DNA of 64,000 nt from Octopus vulgaris (GCA_951406725.2 OX597814.1:5270001-5334000), one strand, 5' to 3'; positions 39,342 through 53,005 are shown, counted from the stretch's first letter. Numbers and translations: made by a program. The notes: generated by a model not told the origin, from the letters alone.

Positions 39342-41150
39342 TGTTTAATGTCTGCTTTCCATGCTGGCATGGGTTGGACGGTTCCACTGAGGACTGGCAA
39401 GCCTGAAGGCTGCACCAGGCTCCAACCTGATCTGGCAAGGTTTCTATAGCTGGATGCCTTTCCTAATGCCAGCCACTTCGAGAGTGTAGTGGGTGCTTTT
39501 TATGTACCACCGGCATGGGGGCCAGTCATGTGTCACTGGCAACAACCATCCTCAAATGGTGCTTTTTACGTGCCACCGGCACAGATGCCAGTCAGGCAGT
39601 ACTGGCATCGTCCACCACAATGATTCAACGGGTCTCCTCAAGTGCAGTTTATTACCCAATGATTGATGGGTACTCTTAAATGGGCTGATTATATTACACT
39701 GGCATAGGCTATGGTCTCACTTGGCTTGCCAGGTCTTCTCAAGTACAGCATATCTCCAAAGGTCTTGGTTGCTTGTCATCACCTCCGTGAGTTCCAAAAT
39801 TTCAAGGTCGTTCTTCACCACCTCATTCCTGGTCTTCCTGGGTTTACCTCTTCCACAGGTTCCCTCCATTGTTAGGGTGTGACACTTTTTCATACATCTG
39901 TCTTCATTCATACATAACATATGACCATACCAGTGCGGTCATCTCTCTTGCACACCACATCTGATGCTTCTTATGTCTAACTTTTCTCTCAGGGTGCTTA
40001 CACTCTGTTGTGTATCCACACTGACATTACACATCCAGTGGAGCATACTAGCTTCATTCGTGGCCAGCTTACACATGTCCTCAGCTGTCACAGTCATGTT
40101 TCACTGCCATGTAGCATGGCTGTTCATACACATGCGTCATGCAGTCTACATTTCAGTCTGAGTGAGAGGCCTTTCTTACCAGCAGAGGTAGGAGCTCTCT
40201 GCACTTTGCCCAGGCTGTTCTTATTCTAGCAGTTAAGCATCCACCCCCAATGCTGACTTGGTCACCTAGGTAACAGAAGCTATCAACTACTTGTAGTTTT
40301 TCCCCCTGGCATGTGACAGATGTTATTCTCTGCATATTTTCAGTGTTTATTGCCCCAGTGCATCTGCCACACACAAAAACTATCTTCCCTCTACTTCTAC
40401 CCGTAATTCTTCACTATACTCATTGCTGACCCTTATCTTACTGACAGCATCCCTGTACATGGCTTTCACAGCTCTCACTAACCACTTATCTATCCCTAGT
40501 TTCCACATTGACCACTAGATAAGTGATCAGGGGACCCTGTCGAAGGCTTTCTCCATGTCAATGAAAGTCAGGTACAGAGGTTTATCTTTGGCTAGGTATT
40601 TCTCCTGCAGCTGTCTTACAAGAAATATAGCATTAGTGGTGCTTTTCCCCGGCACAAACCCAAACTGTGTCTTGTCTAAACTGACTCTCTCCCTGATTAG
40701 TTAGGCTATGACCCTCTCCATGACTTTCATCACCTGATCCAACAACTTGATACCTCTGTAATTATTTGTATCTAAAGCATCACCTTTACCTTTGTAGCAG
40801 CTGACTATTGTGCTGCTACACCAGTCATTGAGTATGACACCTTCATGGATCACCTGATTGACTATACAGGTGACTAGGCTATAGTCAACACCACCAGATA
40901 TTTTAAGCATCCCTGCGGTGATTTCTGATGGGCCAGGGACTTTCCCTGTCTTCATACCCTTAATTGCTTTATCTACCAATGTACTATCAATTTGGATAGC
41001 TAGTCCCTCTGTTGGGTCGACATTTGGCAGACTCTCTTTCTCCCATTCATTCTCTTCATTTGGCAACCTTTCATAGTGGTGTCTCCAAGTCTCTCTCTTT
41101 GCAGCCTCATTAAATGCAAGTGAGCCATCATCCATGCGGACACATTTCTT
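39300..41150 (-). mobile_element. decayed RTE LINE with 3' (GAT)n tail
   Basis: KGMKTGKVPGPS, KGKGDALDTNNYRGIKLL, GRGKPRKT. Confidence 0.9.
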
Positions 41151-41151
41151 T

Positions 41152-42250
41152 TCCATAAATAATGTGATTTTTTTCCGTTGCATGAACTGAAAGTCGGAGG
41201 GGGATGGGATAAACCACTTGCATCACCTTGCTATAAAAGCAGGTAGTAATTTTACCTTTTAATTATTCTTAATGCAAGTGTTGAAGAGTGCAGTTCAATT
41301 TTAACAGTCATTTTTTCAAAGCTACAATGGAAGTTACAAAGGATCATATTTGGCATATTTTGCTTAATGAGTTCAAGAAAGGAAGCAACGCAATGGAATG
41401 TGCGAGGAATATTAATGCAGTAAATGGGGATCGGACAATAAGTGTAAACCAGTGTCAATGGTGGTTCCACAAATTCTCAGTCGGAAACTACAGCCTAGAA
41501 GACAACCCTCATTCTGGAAGATCTGTAGAGCTCTATGAGGATGTCCTGCAAAGCCTGGTGGAACAAAATCCCATCATAACTGTTAAGGAACTAACAGAGA
41601 AGCTTGGATTTGGTCATTCAACCATTCATCGACACCTGCATGCCATCAGACAACTCAGCAAACAGCAAATTGTGTCAATGATTTCCTCACAAACTTTCTG
41701 AGTCTAATCATGCACTGAGAGTGAAGGTGTGCTCTTCTTTGCTGTCACATCTCATGAATGAATCTTTTTTGGACTGAATAGCGACTGGTGACAAGAAATG
41801 GGTTCTCTATAAAAATGTCAAGTACTGAAGACAGTGGGTAGGGAAAGGAGAAAGACCGACACCCCAGGAGAAAAAAGGTCTTCACCCATATAAGGTGCTG
41901 TTATCAGTTTGGTGAGATATGAAAGGTTTAGTCCACTTTGAACTTTTAAAGCCAAACTAAACGATAACGAAGGAGATCTACAGTGAGAAGCTTGAGCAGT
42001 TTAAGTCAGCACTAGAAGAACAACGACCATCTTTGGTTTCAAGACGAAAGGTGTTCTTCCATCAGGATAATGTTTGGCCACATACAGCAAGAATGACATT
42101 CCAAAGGCTGGAGCAGTTTGAATGGGAAACGATGCCCCACCAACCATATTCGTCAGACACTGTTCCATCTGATTATCATTTATTCTGCAGTCTTCAAAGA
42201 TGATTTGGATGTAAAAAATATGAATTCTAGAGACGAGGTCAGAACAGCAA
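41152..42250 (+). mobile_element. mariner (DD34D) transposase pseudogene, truncated
   Basis: HTH region HILLNEFKKG...CQWWF.KF..G.YSLED.PHSGR; downstream TGDKKWVLY, HQDN.WPH, PYSSD..PSDYHLF with stops. Confidence 0.92.
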
Positions 42251-43387
42251 TGAAAAAACAGGGTTTGTGCATAGAAGCTGTGATACAACGGAAGTAAACG
42301 GCATTGTTTTAAACAGTATGAAAGCAATGCGTGAGAGATAATACATGTGTGTGTGTGTGTGCATGTGTGTGTGTGTGTGTGTGTATGGGAGAGAGAGAGA
42401 GGCAGAGAGAAAAATAAGAGAGATTCATGGTAACAAATAGAGAGAAAGAATTTTGTAGTTGAGTTATCATTGAAAATTATATTTTTATATTATTATTTAT
42501 GGATGACCCTTCATTGAGATGCAGATTTTGAATATCAAATTCGTTTTTTCTTGAGGATATATCGTTTCAGGGCTAACCACACATACAGAACCATAGACAC
42601 TCATATCTATGTAATGGATGTACAATATCTGTGTGTACAGACTAATGTAAATGTCTTGTCTATATATATATACAATATCGGTATATATATATTTTTATAG
42701 TAATGTAAACATCATGTCTCTATAAACTATATTGTCTATGCATAGATGGGTGTAAGCAAGACGAGTGTATATAAACTGAGTGTCATATAAACACTTTCTG
42801 TATACAATATGTGTTGGGGACAGAAAAAGATTGTTTGGCTGGACCCGTTCCTTTTCTTCTTTCTCCTTTTATCTATACCTACAGTGTTGGGTACACATCT
42901 GCAGATATAATCTGTAGGACAGTTTATATAGCATTGAAGTAAAGCACTGTTGACATACCAGTAATTCACTGGAATTTACTCATAGCCAGTCTGTTTCAAC
43001 AGAAATGTTCTTCCTTTGTTTTAATCAGTTTTGAAAATAATGAGGAATTAAGTAAAATCGGTTTGTCATTATTAAACTGGTGTTTGGGCATAACATGGAA
43101 TCTTGATACCAAATTCAATTCCATGAATAATTTTCTACAGTCACTTAAACAAGCAAATTTCATTTCTTTTTATTCTGTAAGTAAAAATTCCTCCCCAAAC
43201 AACAGAATATTCAAAAGCCTGTTCCTCATAGGAAGTTATTCTATGATACAATAAATGGAAATATTAATTTAAAACAATATTTGTGATAGAAACAATGAAT
43301 TAAAACATTGCATTGTAATTAAGAGAAATTAATTAGGAAATTATTTTTTCATTGAGTGATGATAAATTATTTGCTTACTTCTAACAG

Positions 43388-43442
43388 AAATTTAAAGAAT
43401 ATTTCCAAGAAATTTCAACAGATGGTTCAACTGCATCATCAG
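43388..43442 (+). CDS. macro-PARP: 55-bp exon closing macrodomain B
   Basis: ctaacag|KFKEYFQEISTDGSTASS(E)|gtaaat; same length and phase and the same KFxEY start as 34487-34541. Confidence 0.8.
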
Positions 43443-43740
43443 GTAAATTCTTTCTGTTTACTTATATTAAATATTATGCTAGTGTCACGTAACTACCACC
43501 TGTGCTGGTGTCACATAAATGGCACCCGTGCCAGTGGCACATAGAAAGCACCCATTACACTCTTGGAGTGGTTGGTGCTGGGAAGGGCCTTGAAATGTAG
43601 AAAGCATGTCAAATCAGATGGAACCTGGTGCAGCCCCCACCAGCTTACCAGTTCCAAGTCGACCAGTCCAATCCATGCCAGCATGGAAAGCAGATGCTAA
43701 ATGATGATGATGATGATGATTTAGAAAATGAGATGACAAA

Positions 43741-43824
43741 GGAACTTACAGCTGTTTCTTCTATAAGATGCAATGGACTCTTAGCTGAGTGCTGAACGGC
43801 ACCTTGTAGTTTCATCAGAGCCTC
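43741..43824 (-). ncRNA. degenerate hammerhead-ribozyme-like motif beside the Penelope fragments
   Basis: gaggct-CTGATGA-(53-nt stem II)-GAAAC-agct-GTA-agttcc. Confidence 0.55.
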
Positions 43825-43989
43825 AAATAAGAAGGGCAGCTTATTTGGGAGAAGAGTTATAATTATGCATCACCTTACTGTCTCCCAGAACTGCCTGACT
43901 GGCCCTGATGCCGGTTACACCAGCAGCCCCAGCACCAACAGTGCAAGTCCCAACCACAGCGGTGGCAGCGATGCCAACACCAACAAACA

Positions 43990-46080
43990 CACCACTGTCA
44001 ACACCTGACCATGGAGATACATCAGCTCTACCACTAATTTTCAAACAACACCTCTCCAACCACAGATCCTCCTCCAGGATACCGGAAAGGGGATTCATCA
44101 CATCATTAGCGAGCCATGTATGGCAGCTAATGGACTGTGGGATTCCATACACAATATCATGGAGAATCCTAGAAAATCCAAGCCCATGCATAAAGGGGAC
44201 CAAGCATTGTAAATTATGTATAGCGGAACAGGCAAGGATCCTAAAGGACACCCTCGACCCAGGGAACATGCTAAACACCTAATCTGATTTAGGATGAATC
44301 AGTAAAAATATATATGATAGAATGCAACCTACTATTAGAAAGAAGCTAAACATAAACTTATGATCCGGCACAGGCAAGGTAATTATCTGGTTCCAAATGT
44401 GTCAAAGCAAAAACACCGCATTCCTACAATTTTACATCAACAACTACTACACCTCCATATCATCAATCCTCCTTAAGGATGCCCTGACTCTAGCTAAAAA
44501 CCTAACCAACATAATCTCCTTAGAAATTGATGTAATTCTATCTACCAGGCAGACTTTCATATCCTTTGATAATAAGCTTTGGTCCCGTGCTAACCTCAAT
44601 ACTAATAGAAACAACTTCTTTGATATAACTATGGGCTCATCCGACTCTGCTCAGGTAATGGATCTAGTCAGACTGTACCTCCTTCAACAGCTCCACACAC
44701 AATTCACCCACATCAAAAGCGGTTTATGTAGAGATGGACAAAATCTGCATTAGAAAGAACAAGAAAACTTTAACCTATCTATTTCTTTTGAAAACTCTTA
44801 CAAGACAGCAAACTTTCTAGATGTTACATTGGATTTAACCCTTTAGTGTTCGCATTATTCTCCCAAAATTAATGCTTTTTCATCCACATTGCCTTGAACT
44901 AATCAGGCATTATCTTGTAGCTTTGAGATTTTGATGAGGTAGCTGTTAATTTTTAAAACGATATTGTAGGGTTGGTGTGAGAGACCAGATCTGGCCATTT
45001 TGAGCATAAAACAGGCAGAATACTTTTGGCCGGATATGGCCGGTTTAAATGCTAAAGAGTTAAACTCTTCTCATATCATAAACCCAATCAATACCTTAAG
45101 TACATCAACATGGAATCTAGCCACCATAAATCTACTTTCAAGAGTATAATCAAAGGCATATCCATCAGAATATCTGATCTATTTGCCACTGAGGAAATCT
45201 TAAATAACTACGCCTCTTACTACAACCAACCTCTAGCTGGGCTTCTCCAAGGAGATTAGATTTATAGCCAATGCTAGACTTCAAGAACACCTCTCTAAAT
45301 TTAACTCTAGATGAGCATGCCCACATATTGGATACTCAAACCCTCACACAATATTTAGACAATCTCGCCTGCCTAGCACCCACACACATAAGACTCGATC
45401 TAAGAATATTAACACGAAACCCTCCAACTCTCCTCTAACATACACAAGAAATTACACCTCCCCAAATTTGCCTAATAAAAGTAGCGGGAGATCTATTCTC
45501 TGGTACACACCTCCATTCGCTTTAAATGTTACGGGCCTTGCTAGAGCTTTCTTTAAAATAGTAGGTTCTAATTTCCTACGTAACCACAGATATCATTCTA
45601 TCTTTAACAGATCCACTTTAAAATTATCCTATTCCTCTACACCAAATAGCGAATCTATTATGAGCTCATCTAACAAGCGTAAACTTAGCTCTTACCATCT
45701 AAATACATGAAACCCTATCCTAGACCTACACAACGAGAACACTAACACTGATCGCAATAATATAAGAAATGCACCTGGCCCTAACGCTTTGAATGGCTTA
45801 AACATAGATAATATAATCCTTGCTTTGGAGGAAAATGGGTGCACAGTTGAAACCAACACTAATACTAATAGGAATACCGATACTAACAATACTAACTATA
45901 TTATAACCACTACAACTACTAATACCTCTACCATAACTAATAATAACACCAGCAATAAGACAACCACCAATGGCAATATTACCATTACCGAAAATAATAC
46001 TATTACTAACACTCTTACCATAAACGCTACTACTAATAGTTACAATAATAACACTAACACCATCACCACCACTACCAATG

Positions 46081-46125
<45 letters not shown>

Positions 46126-46760
46126 GTAATAATAATAACTATGATAGCTATAATGGCAGTAATAATAATAATGGTAATGATGGCAGTGATATTGACAGAA
46201 ATAACAGCAATGATAACAACAATATCATGAACGAATCACCTAATACAAACTAAGTGTTTAACTTGTCTGCTAGAAGTAGTACTATTTCATCCCTCTCTCC
46301 AACTAACCATCACAGAATAGATAACTGCAGCTTCAGATCTGGGACCGAGTGCCCACTGCAAGCCCAATGCAAAACATTCAACATGGTATACCAATGCACT
46401 GTCCACAACATATTAGATAACTCCAATAATTACTATATTGGATCAAACAAAGATATTCTGCACATTGAAACTCATTTAAATATAAAGAGCAATTCCACAT
46501 CACAAACCAGTCCCATACACCATCTGATTAATAGAAAAATACAATATAGACTTTCCTGGGCTATAATAGACTCTGACATCCCATGTCAGGACCTGCACTC
46601 CATTTGTGGACTCTGCTTAAAAGAAGCCCTCAAAATTTGAACCCATAACTCACCACAATTGCTTAACAAACACAACGAAGCCTTCACAATATGTAAATGT
46701 AAATTCTTCTGCACTTTTAAATTCTTCCATAAATCCAAATGTAAACTTACCCCCCTCCAT
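43990..46760 (+). mobile_element. Penelope-like element fragments (GIY-YIG end, RT, linker, GIY-YIG) with nested TTAA MITE (~44835-45063) and low-complexity tract
   Basis: FDITMGSSDSAQV.DLV.LY.L (PLE RT), ILWYTPPF...FNRSTLKLSYS, CPLQAQC...VYQC....YYIGS, ISW.I....P.......C.LC..E. Confidence 0.88.
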
Positions 46761-47539
46761 GGTCGTTAATACACACCCTTGTATATCTCTTTAGTACCTT
46801 AAAAGATAACTGTTAAATCTTTAATTTATTTTGAAATCCCCTAATATTTAGTTGTAACTCTTATTTCTAAATGATTTAACATTCAGCTGGTTTCTCCACT
46901 CATGACTACCTACACACCCATACCTCCATAGCTAAAAATATTTCTACAGCTACTGACCATAGCCATAAAATGGGACACAAACACTTACTACTAGAAATAA
47001 TTCTGTATATAAAACAACCATGTAGTGCTCAGAATATGAACTATATGAAGAATATAGGCATCGGTAGAAGACACAAAATTCAGGTAATCGGTAAACAGTT
47101 TTCCTTTATAACGTCGGAGTACTTAAGGCAAACCTCATAAAACTGTAAAAAATGTATATGCGTGTACAAAATTACATAAAAATACACACATGCATAAAAG
47201 TATACATATAAATACATATGAACGTATAAAAACGTACATGAATCTATAAGGAAAATATAAGATGGTATGCGAGTGCCTGAACTTGGTACATCCGTGTTAG
47301 AAACGGAAAGGAAGAGAGTTATGGAGGCATGGAGAATATGTGACAATATACATAATCAATTAAAAGATATTAAAAGTGTTCCAGAGCAGAGATAAAGTCT
47401 AATACTCATTCTACGATTGTTTGGGGAGTATGTTACTCGGGGTGGATAAAGCGTTCCTGTCCATCTTCCATATAAGCAGTTCCTTCATCAGGGAACACGT
47501 AACGGACTTAGAATCCTCCACATTTGGAATAGAGAAAAT

Positions 47540-48195
47540 AGAAAAAATACAGCGGATATGGTGAAATCAATTACCAATGTCTTGTTAAGGAATTCTATTG
47601 ATGAACAATCTCGCCAAAGATATAGAAGTTCTCACAGACCCTTTAGTTATAATTATAGAAATAATGCAGTGGTATATAGACAAACTAACAAAAGTACCTC
47701 TAGAAAAAGGGAAATCTTATGGTTTACCCCGTTTTTCTCTCTTCAAATTAGAAACCTGTCCCCAAATTTTTTTCCAACATTATTGAAAAATAACTCTCCT
47801 AAGGATCATAAATATCCCCCTATTTTGAACAGATCTACTTTAAAATTATCTTATTCATCAACACCAAATTTGGGCTCTATTATTACAGGTAATAACAAAT
47901 ATAAGCTTAAAAATAATCCATAGGAAATAGACCCTAATGAACCTAGTTTAGGGAATATTAATACTGAGATGGCAATAGGAAATAGAAACAATAAGCTGAA
48001 AGCTATAAATAAAATCTGCAGTTGTCGTTCCTGTGTAGGTTGCCCTAAAAAGGTTCCTGTTTAACGAAAAATGTATATGAATGTGAATCTAAGAACATCT
48101 ATATAGGAAGTACAGTTAATTTTAAGACGAGATATCGGGGACATGTAAATTCTTTTATAAATCCCCAAACTGTGAACTCAGCTGCACTATCTGGT
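47540..48195 (+). mobile_element. second Penelope-like fragment
   Basis: REILWFTPFFS...LNRSTLKLSYSSTPNLGSII followed by a decayed GIY-YIG (YIGST.NFKTRYRGH). Confidence 0.8.
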
Positions 48196-48324
48196 TTGCC
48201 AGTCCCCAGTCAAACCGTCCAACACAGAATGGAAAGCTAACATTAAATGATGATAGTGGTGGTGTGGTGGTGATATATGTATGCATGCATGAATGTGTGT
48301 GTGTATGTATGTACGTACGTATGA

Positions 48325-49600
48325 GCAACAGGTTTATCTAGCCAGGGCAGAAGCAGAAAGGAAGAGGGCTGCCACTGTCTTACAGCATGAAGATCAGAGA
48401 CTTGAGGTGTTCCAGATTGCGAGACAGTGTGTCAGAGAGAATCAAGATGTTGTGAGAGAAAAGTTTGTATGTGTGGATAATGGTATGCTGGCACTCAATG
48501 ACTCCGAAAAGAAAGACGTGTGGAAGTACTACTATGAAAGGCTGTTAAATGTGGGGAATGAATTAAAGAAAGGGAATCTTCCCCCATAAGGATATGAAGA
48601 CAGGGAGAGCCCACCCTGGTCCATCAGGAGTCACTACTGATATGCTTAAAATATCTGGCAGATTCTGTAACAACTAGAAAATAAATTCTAGTTGTGGAAG
48701 AGAAACCTGGAATCTAAGGGTGATTTAAGGTTAACTTAGCAAAGGGCCTTAAGGTTAACTTAAGTAAACAAAGAGGATCCTTCTCCCATCAGGTAAATGG
48801 TCCTGCTCAGTATATAGGAAAGGTGTAGGCAGGAATTCTATACAGTGTACACTGCAAGCTATGGACACACAAGAGGTGCAGTGGAGTAACAAGGAAGATT
48901 ATCAGAGAAGGTAGTGTTTGTCTGTGGAAGATGCGTGGGAACCATAAAAATTAGAGATACTAAGGAAATTGATTTTCTCAAATGCCCTGGAGGCTCTTCA
49001 GAGGCAGTGGATAATTTCTGCTACTTAGGGGATCTAATTAGCTGTGGGGGGAGGATGCATGGAAAGTGTAATTGCTAGAATAAGAATAGGATGGAGAAAA
49101 TTCAGAAACCAAAGATCTCTAGTGCATTGAGAGAAAAGTTGGGCATAAGAGGAATTAGATGCAGCGTGCAAGAGAGAAGAGTGTACTGGTTTGGTGATGT
49201 GATGCAAATGGGTGAGGACAGTTGCATAAAGAAGTATCCATCATTTAAAGTGGATGGAGCTCGTGAAAGAGGGAGACCCAGGAATATATGGGACAAAGTA
49301 TTGGGGCTCAGTCTCAAGACACTGAGCCTTATGAAGGAGACAAGAAAGAACCGAGATATCTGGCAGCTTGCTGTACTCCAGAAGACCCATCCACCACAGC
49401 AGAGTTGATACTGGTGCTGGTGCCATTTCAAAAGGCACCAACTACACTCTGTAAAGTGGTTGGCATTAAGAAGGGCTTCCTGCTGTGGAAACCATGCCAG
49501 AGCAGACAATGGGAGCTGGTGTGGCCTTATCAGCTCCTGTCAAACTCTCCAAGACATGCCAACATGGCAAACAAACTTTCAATGACGATGATGATGATAT
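48325..49600 (+). mobile_element. deleted RTE LINE
   Basis: VFQIARQCVRENQDV; LREKLGIRGIRC...RGRPR.IW. Confidence 0.85.
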
Positions 49601-49932
49601 ACAGGTCACCAGCAGCAGCATATTCTTTGACCATTTGTTTTCCATGCTGGCATGGCTCGGATGCTTGGATACAATCTGGCACAACCAACAACTGTATTCT
49701 GCTCTAAAGTCAGCTTTGGTAGGTGTTTCCAGGACACCACCACCACTATTTCAATACTCCCACTACTACTGCTCTGTTTAATATTTTCATATTCCTTGTC
49801 TAAACCCAAAAATTAGTCAAAATATTCCTGTTTTTATTTTGTTTTTTGTTTTTTTTTTCAAAATTTTCAACAGGAAAAAGGTTCATAATATTTTTGTTGT
49901 TCTGAAATATTTGATTTCTGTTTGGCCTCTAG

Positions 49933-50066
49933 AGTCGGTCCCTGATACATGGTCACCAATGGGAGACAAGGAATTATTTAAAATTGTTCCAGTCACAAAT
50001 GGACCAGAATATGACGACATCCAGGCCACTTTCCGTCGGAATTTGCCTTCCTATCGTATAATCAAA
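49933..50066 (+). CDS. macro-PARP: start of PARP catalytic domain
   Basis: tag|(E)SVPDTWSPMGDKELFKIVPVTNGPEYDDIQATFRRNLPSYRIIK|gtttgt; PxxWxxM...EYxxxxxxF pattern of PARP14/15. Confidence 0.9.
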
Positions 50067-50455
50067 GTTTGTATTTTTACTTCTGTTTATAAACAATATT
50101 TGATGGTTTATTGTTAAAACAAAATGTTAAGAGACATTTTGTTTGTATGAAAGATTTAAATCTCATTGTATGAACCTATTTTGGGATGGTTCTATGTGTT
50201 TTTGGATATTCACAAGAAATCTTTGCTCAACAAAAATACCTCTGCTTTAACTTCTTGCATTGAATTGTAAATGCAACACCATTTTGCAGCTAAACTATTA
50301 TGCCTTACCAAAATTTACAGCCGAATCAAAATTGGTATCAAATAAAAAAGAAAAAAAAAAGCAGATAGGGTTGGGGTTTTTCACCACAAACGTTATTTCC
50401 TTGTCAAAGAAGTGAACTGATTGTTTTTTCATAAATGTATTTTCCTTTTCTACAG

Positions 50456-50633
50456 ATTGAGAGAATTCAAAATAAAACATTGTACCATGGATACCAAGTA
50501 TTGAAAAGAAAGTTTGAGGTAGAAAATCCAAACATTACAAATGAAGTTGATGGCCTTTGGCATGGTACTACTGAAAGAGCTGTTAAGGGAATAAATGAAT
50601 CAGGATTCAACCGTAGCTATTGTGGTAAAAATG
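50456..50633 (+). CDS. macro-PARP: catalytic domain exon containing HGT
   Basis: cag|IERIQNKTLYHGY...LWHGTTERAVKGINESGFNRSYCGKN(A)|gtaagt. Confidence 0.95.
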
Positions 50634-51708
50634 GTAAGTATATTATAATCAACATCATCATCATCATCATCATCTACCCACCCTTCCTATTGTCCTGAGC
50701 TGGACAGACTGTCACTGTCCACATTGATTGCTGTTTAGAATCCTTTCTCACTCAGAGAGGACAGAGGCTGTCATGTTGCTCACACATTCCATGTTTGGCA
50801 TCGTTTCTACTGCCAGGTCCCCTTCCTAACATCTTCTGCTCTAGAGTAAAGCAGGTGTATTTTATTATTGTGGAACCAACACTTTTACTTATTTTTCTTG
50901 CTGGATTGGGAGGAAGGGGTTTCCCATCCCCTTTTCAGACCCTTCTAAACTGTGGAGATTGGTTAGCATTAATGCTTCTCTTTAATCTTTGTAAATCAAC
51001 AATTGCAAGAAAGGCATTAGAAGGGGTGTTGTTGATTGCTAGATTTACATATCAGGTTGCTCTTGTGCACCACTGGTACCATGTAATCCAGTACAACCTG
51101 TTGCATGGTCGGGTGGTTGGTGACTTAACACCACCGAGCATTGCTTAGTTGGGAGGGTGACTGTTGGACACCCTGCAGGACCAAAATAAGACCCATTAAA
51201 GGGCAAAGGAACTGCTCTCGTAGTCAATGGTCATTCAAGACTGTGTGTTAAGGTAGCATGATACTCTTTAGCTTTGGTTAGCAACCTTCCTTGAGATGGT
51301 GTCTAAATAAAAATACTTTAGGAGTAGATGGTTTACCTGTCGCCCAGTTTTGCACTCGTACCTAGCTTATTGGTTTGAAAAGAGCACCGCAACCAGATAT
51401 TAGAAGAGTGTGAGTTCGATCCTCATGGCTGGCTGCTGGCAAATTGTTTTGCTCTTAAAAGGATTTTATACTTTATATATATATATATAACAGGAAGGTT
51501 TACGAAAATAAACAAAAGACGAAGGTAGGTGAAGTACAAACAAACAAATGTATTAGTATAGCTCTCAGGAATAGAAATAGAAAAAGTCTTTTACATTTCG
51601 AGCCTACGCTCTTCGACAGAAAGATACACAGAAAAAAAAACAAGGAGAGAAAAAAAATGTGTGTAGGAGCTAACGATCTAGGAGTTCTAATCGTTGAATA
51701 AAAAATCT

Positions 51709-51745
<37 letters not shown>

Positions 51746-51864
51746 TCATACTGTTCTCCAGTATTTGGGTTGGACGTTGAATAAAAACCAGGCTCCAGTC
51801 TTATCTTTTTCTACAGCTTGTTCTACAATACATTTATATTGCTTTGAAAACAAACTATATTATG

Positions 51865-51904
<40 letters not shown>

Positions 51905-52189
51905 AGAGAATCTTAGTTATGGCTGGTTCATAGGGTTGGCCAGGGTTTTGCGTCCATAAAGTGCTTTGTTTTACACATGTCTAGTCAGACCCTAATGGTC
52001 AGTAGCTTATAACCTCTCTTCAAAATGGAAAGAGGAAAGGCCACATGGCTTGTTTTCAAATACACAGACAAAAAAGAAAGGTCAAGCACAAGGGGTTGTC
52101 CCCATTAGACCACTACCTAAAATTCTTGTCAGCTTGAAGGTCCCAGGATTTCAGTAAGAATTGCCTGAAGCGTAAAACAAGATCTGAAG

Positions 52190-53005
52190 ACATCCATCTT
52201 GCACCCAGCAACCAATTCCTCTTATGCCTAACTTCTCTCTCAGAACAGTGGCACTCTGTTGAACCTGTACACTTACATAACACATCCAGCAGAGCATACT
52301 AGCCTCATTCCTCTCCAACCTTCGCATGCCCTCTGCATTCAGGGCCCACATCTCATTACCATGTAGAATTGCTGTCAATATACATACATCATACAATCTT
52401 CCTTTCACTCAGAAACAGAAACCTTTTGGGGCCAACAGAGGTAAAAACTCTCTGAATTTCCTCCGCCCTATTCTTCTTCTAGCTATCACACTCTTCTTGC
52501 ATCTCCCCCCCACTATTAATTTGGTCCCCTAGGTAGCAGAAGTTATCTACTACCTCTAATGAGCCACCAAGGCATTTGAGAAAATCAATTTCTCAAGTTT
52601 TTAAGGACCCTGTGCATCTTCCACATATGAAAACTATCTTCTCTGCTAACCTTCCTATTAATCTGCTGCACCTCTTGTTTGTCCATAACTTACACTGGGT
52701 GCACAGTATGGAGTTCCTGCCTACACCTTTCCTACCAATTGAATAGGGCCACCTACCTGAGTTGGGGAGGATCCTGTCAGTTTTCTTGCTTGCTAGGACC
52801 TTAACCATTGCTAAGTTAGAATCCAGGTTTTGCTTCCACACCTGGAATTTCTCTTCTAGCTCTGATATGGAACCAGCTATGAGGACAAGAGGATCAGCAT
52901 ATAGTAGTGCCCGGAGACTGCCGGTCTTGAATTGTTCTGTTATGGCCTGGAGGACAGTGATGAAAAGGAGGGGACTAAGGACTGATCCTTGATGAACCCC
53001 TGTGT
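52190..53005 (-). mobile_element. RTE LINE fragment in the last PARP intron
   Basis: GVHQGSVLSPLLF...LLYAD. Confidence 0.88.

Noticed and set aside
41288-41701. Domesticated SETMAR-like gene
   Set aside because: Multiple stops and frameshifts and no SET domain; ordinary mariner relic.
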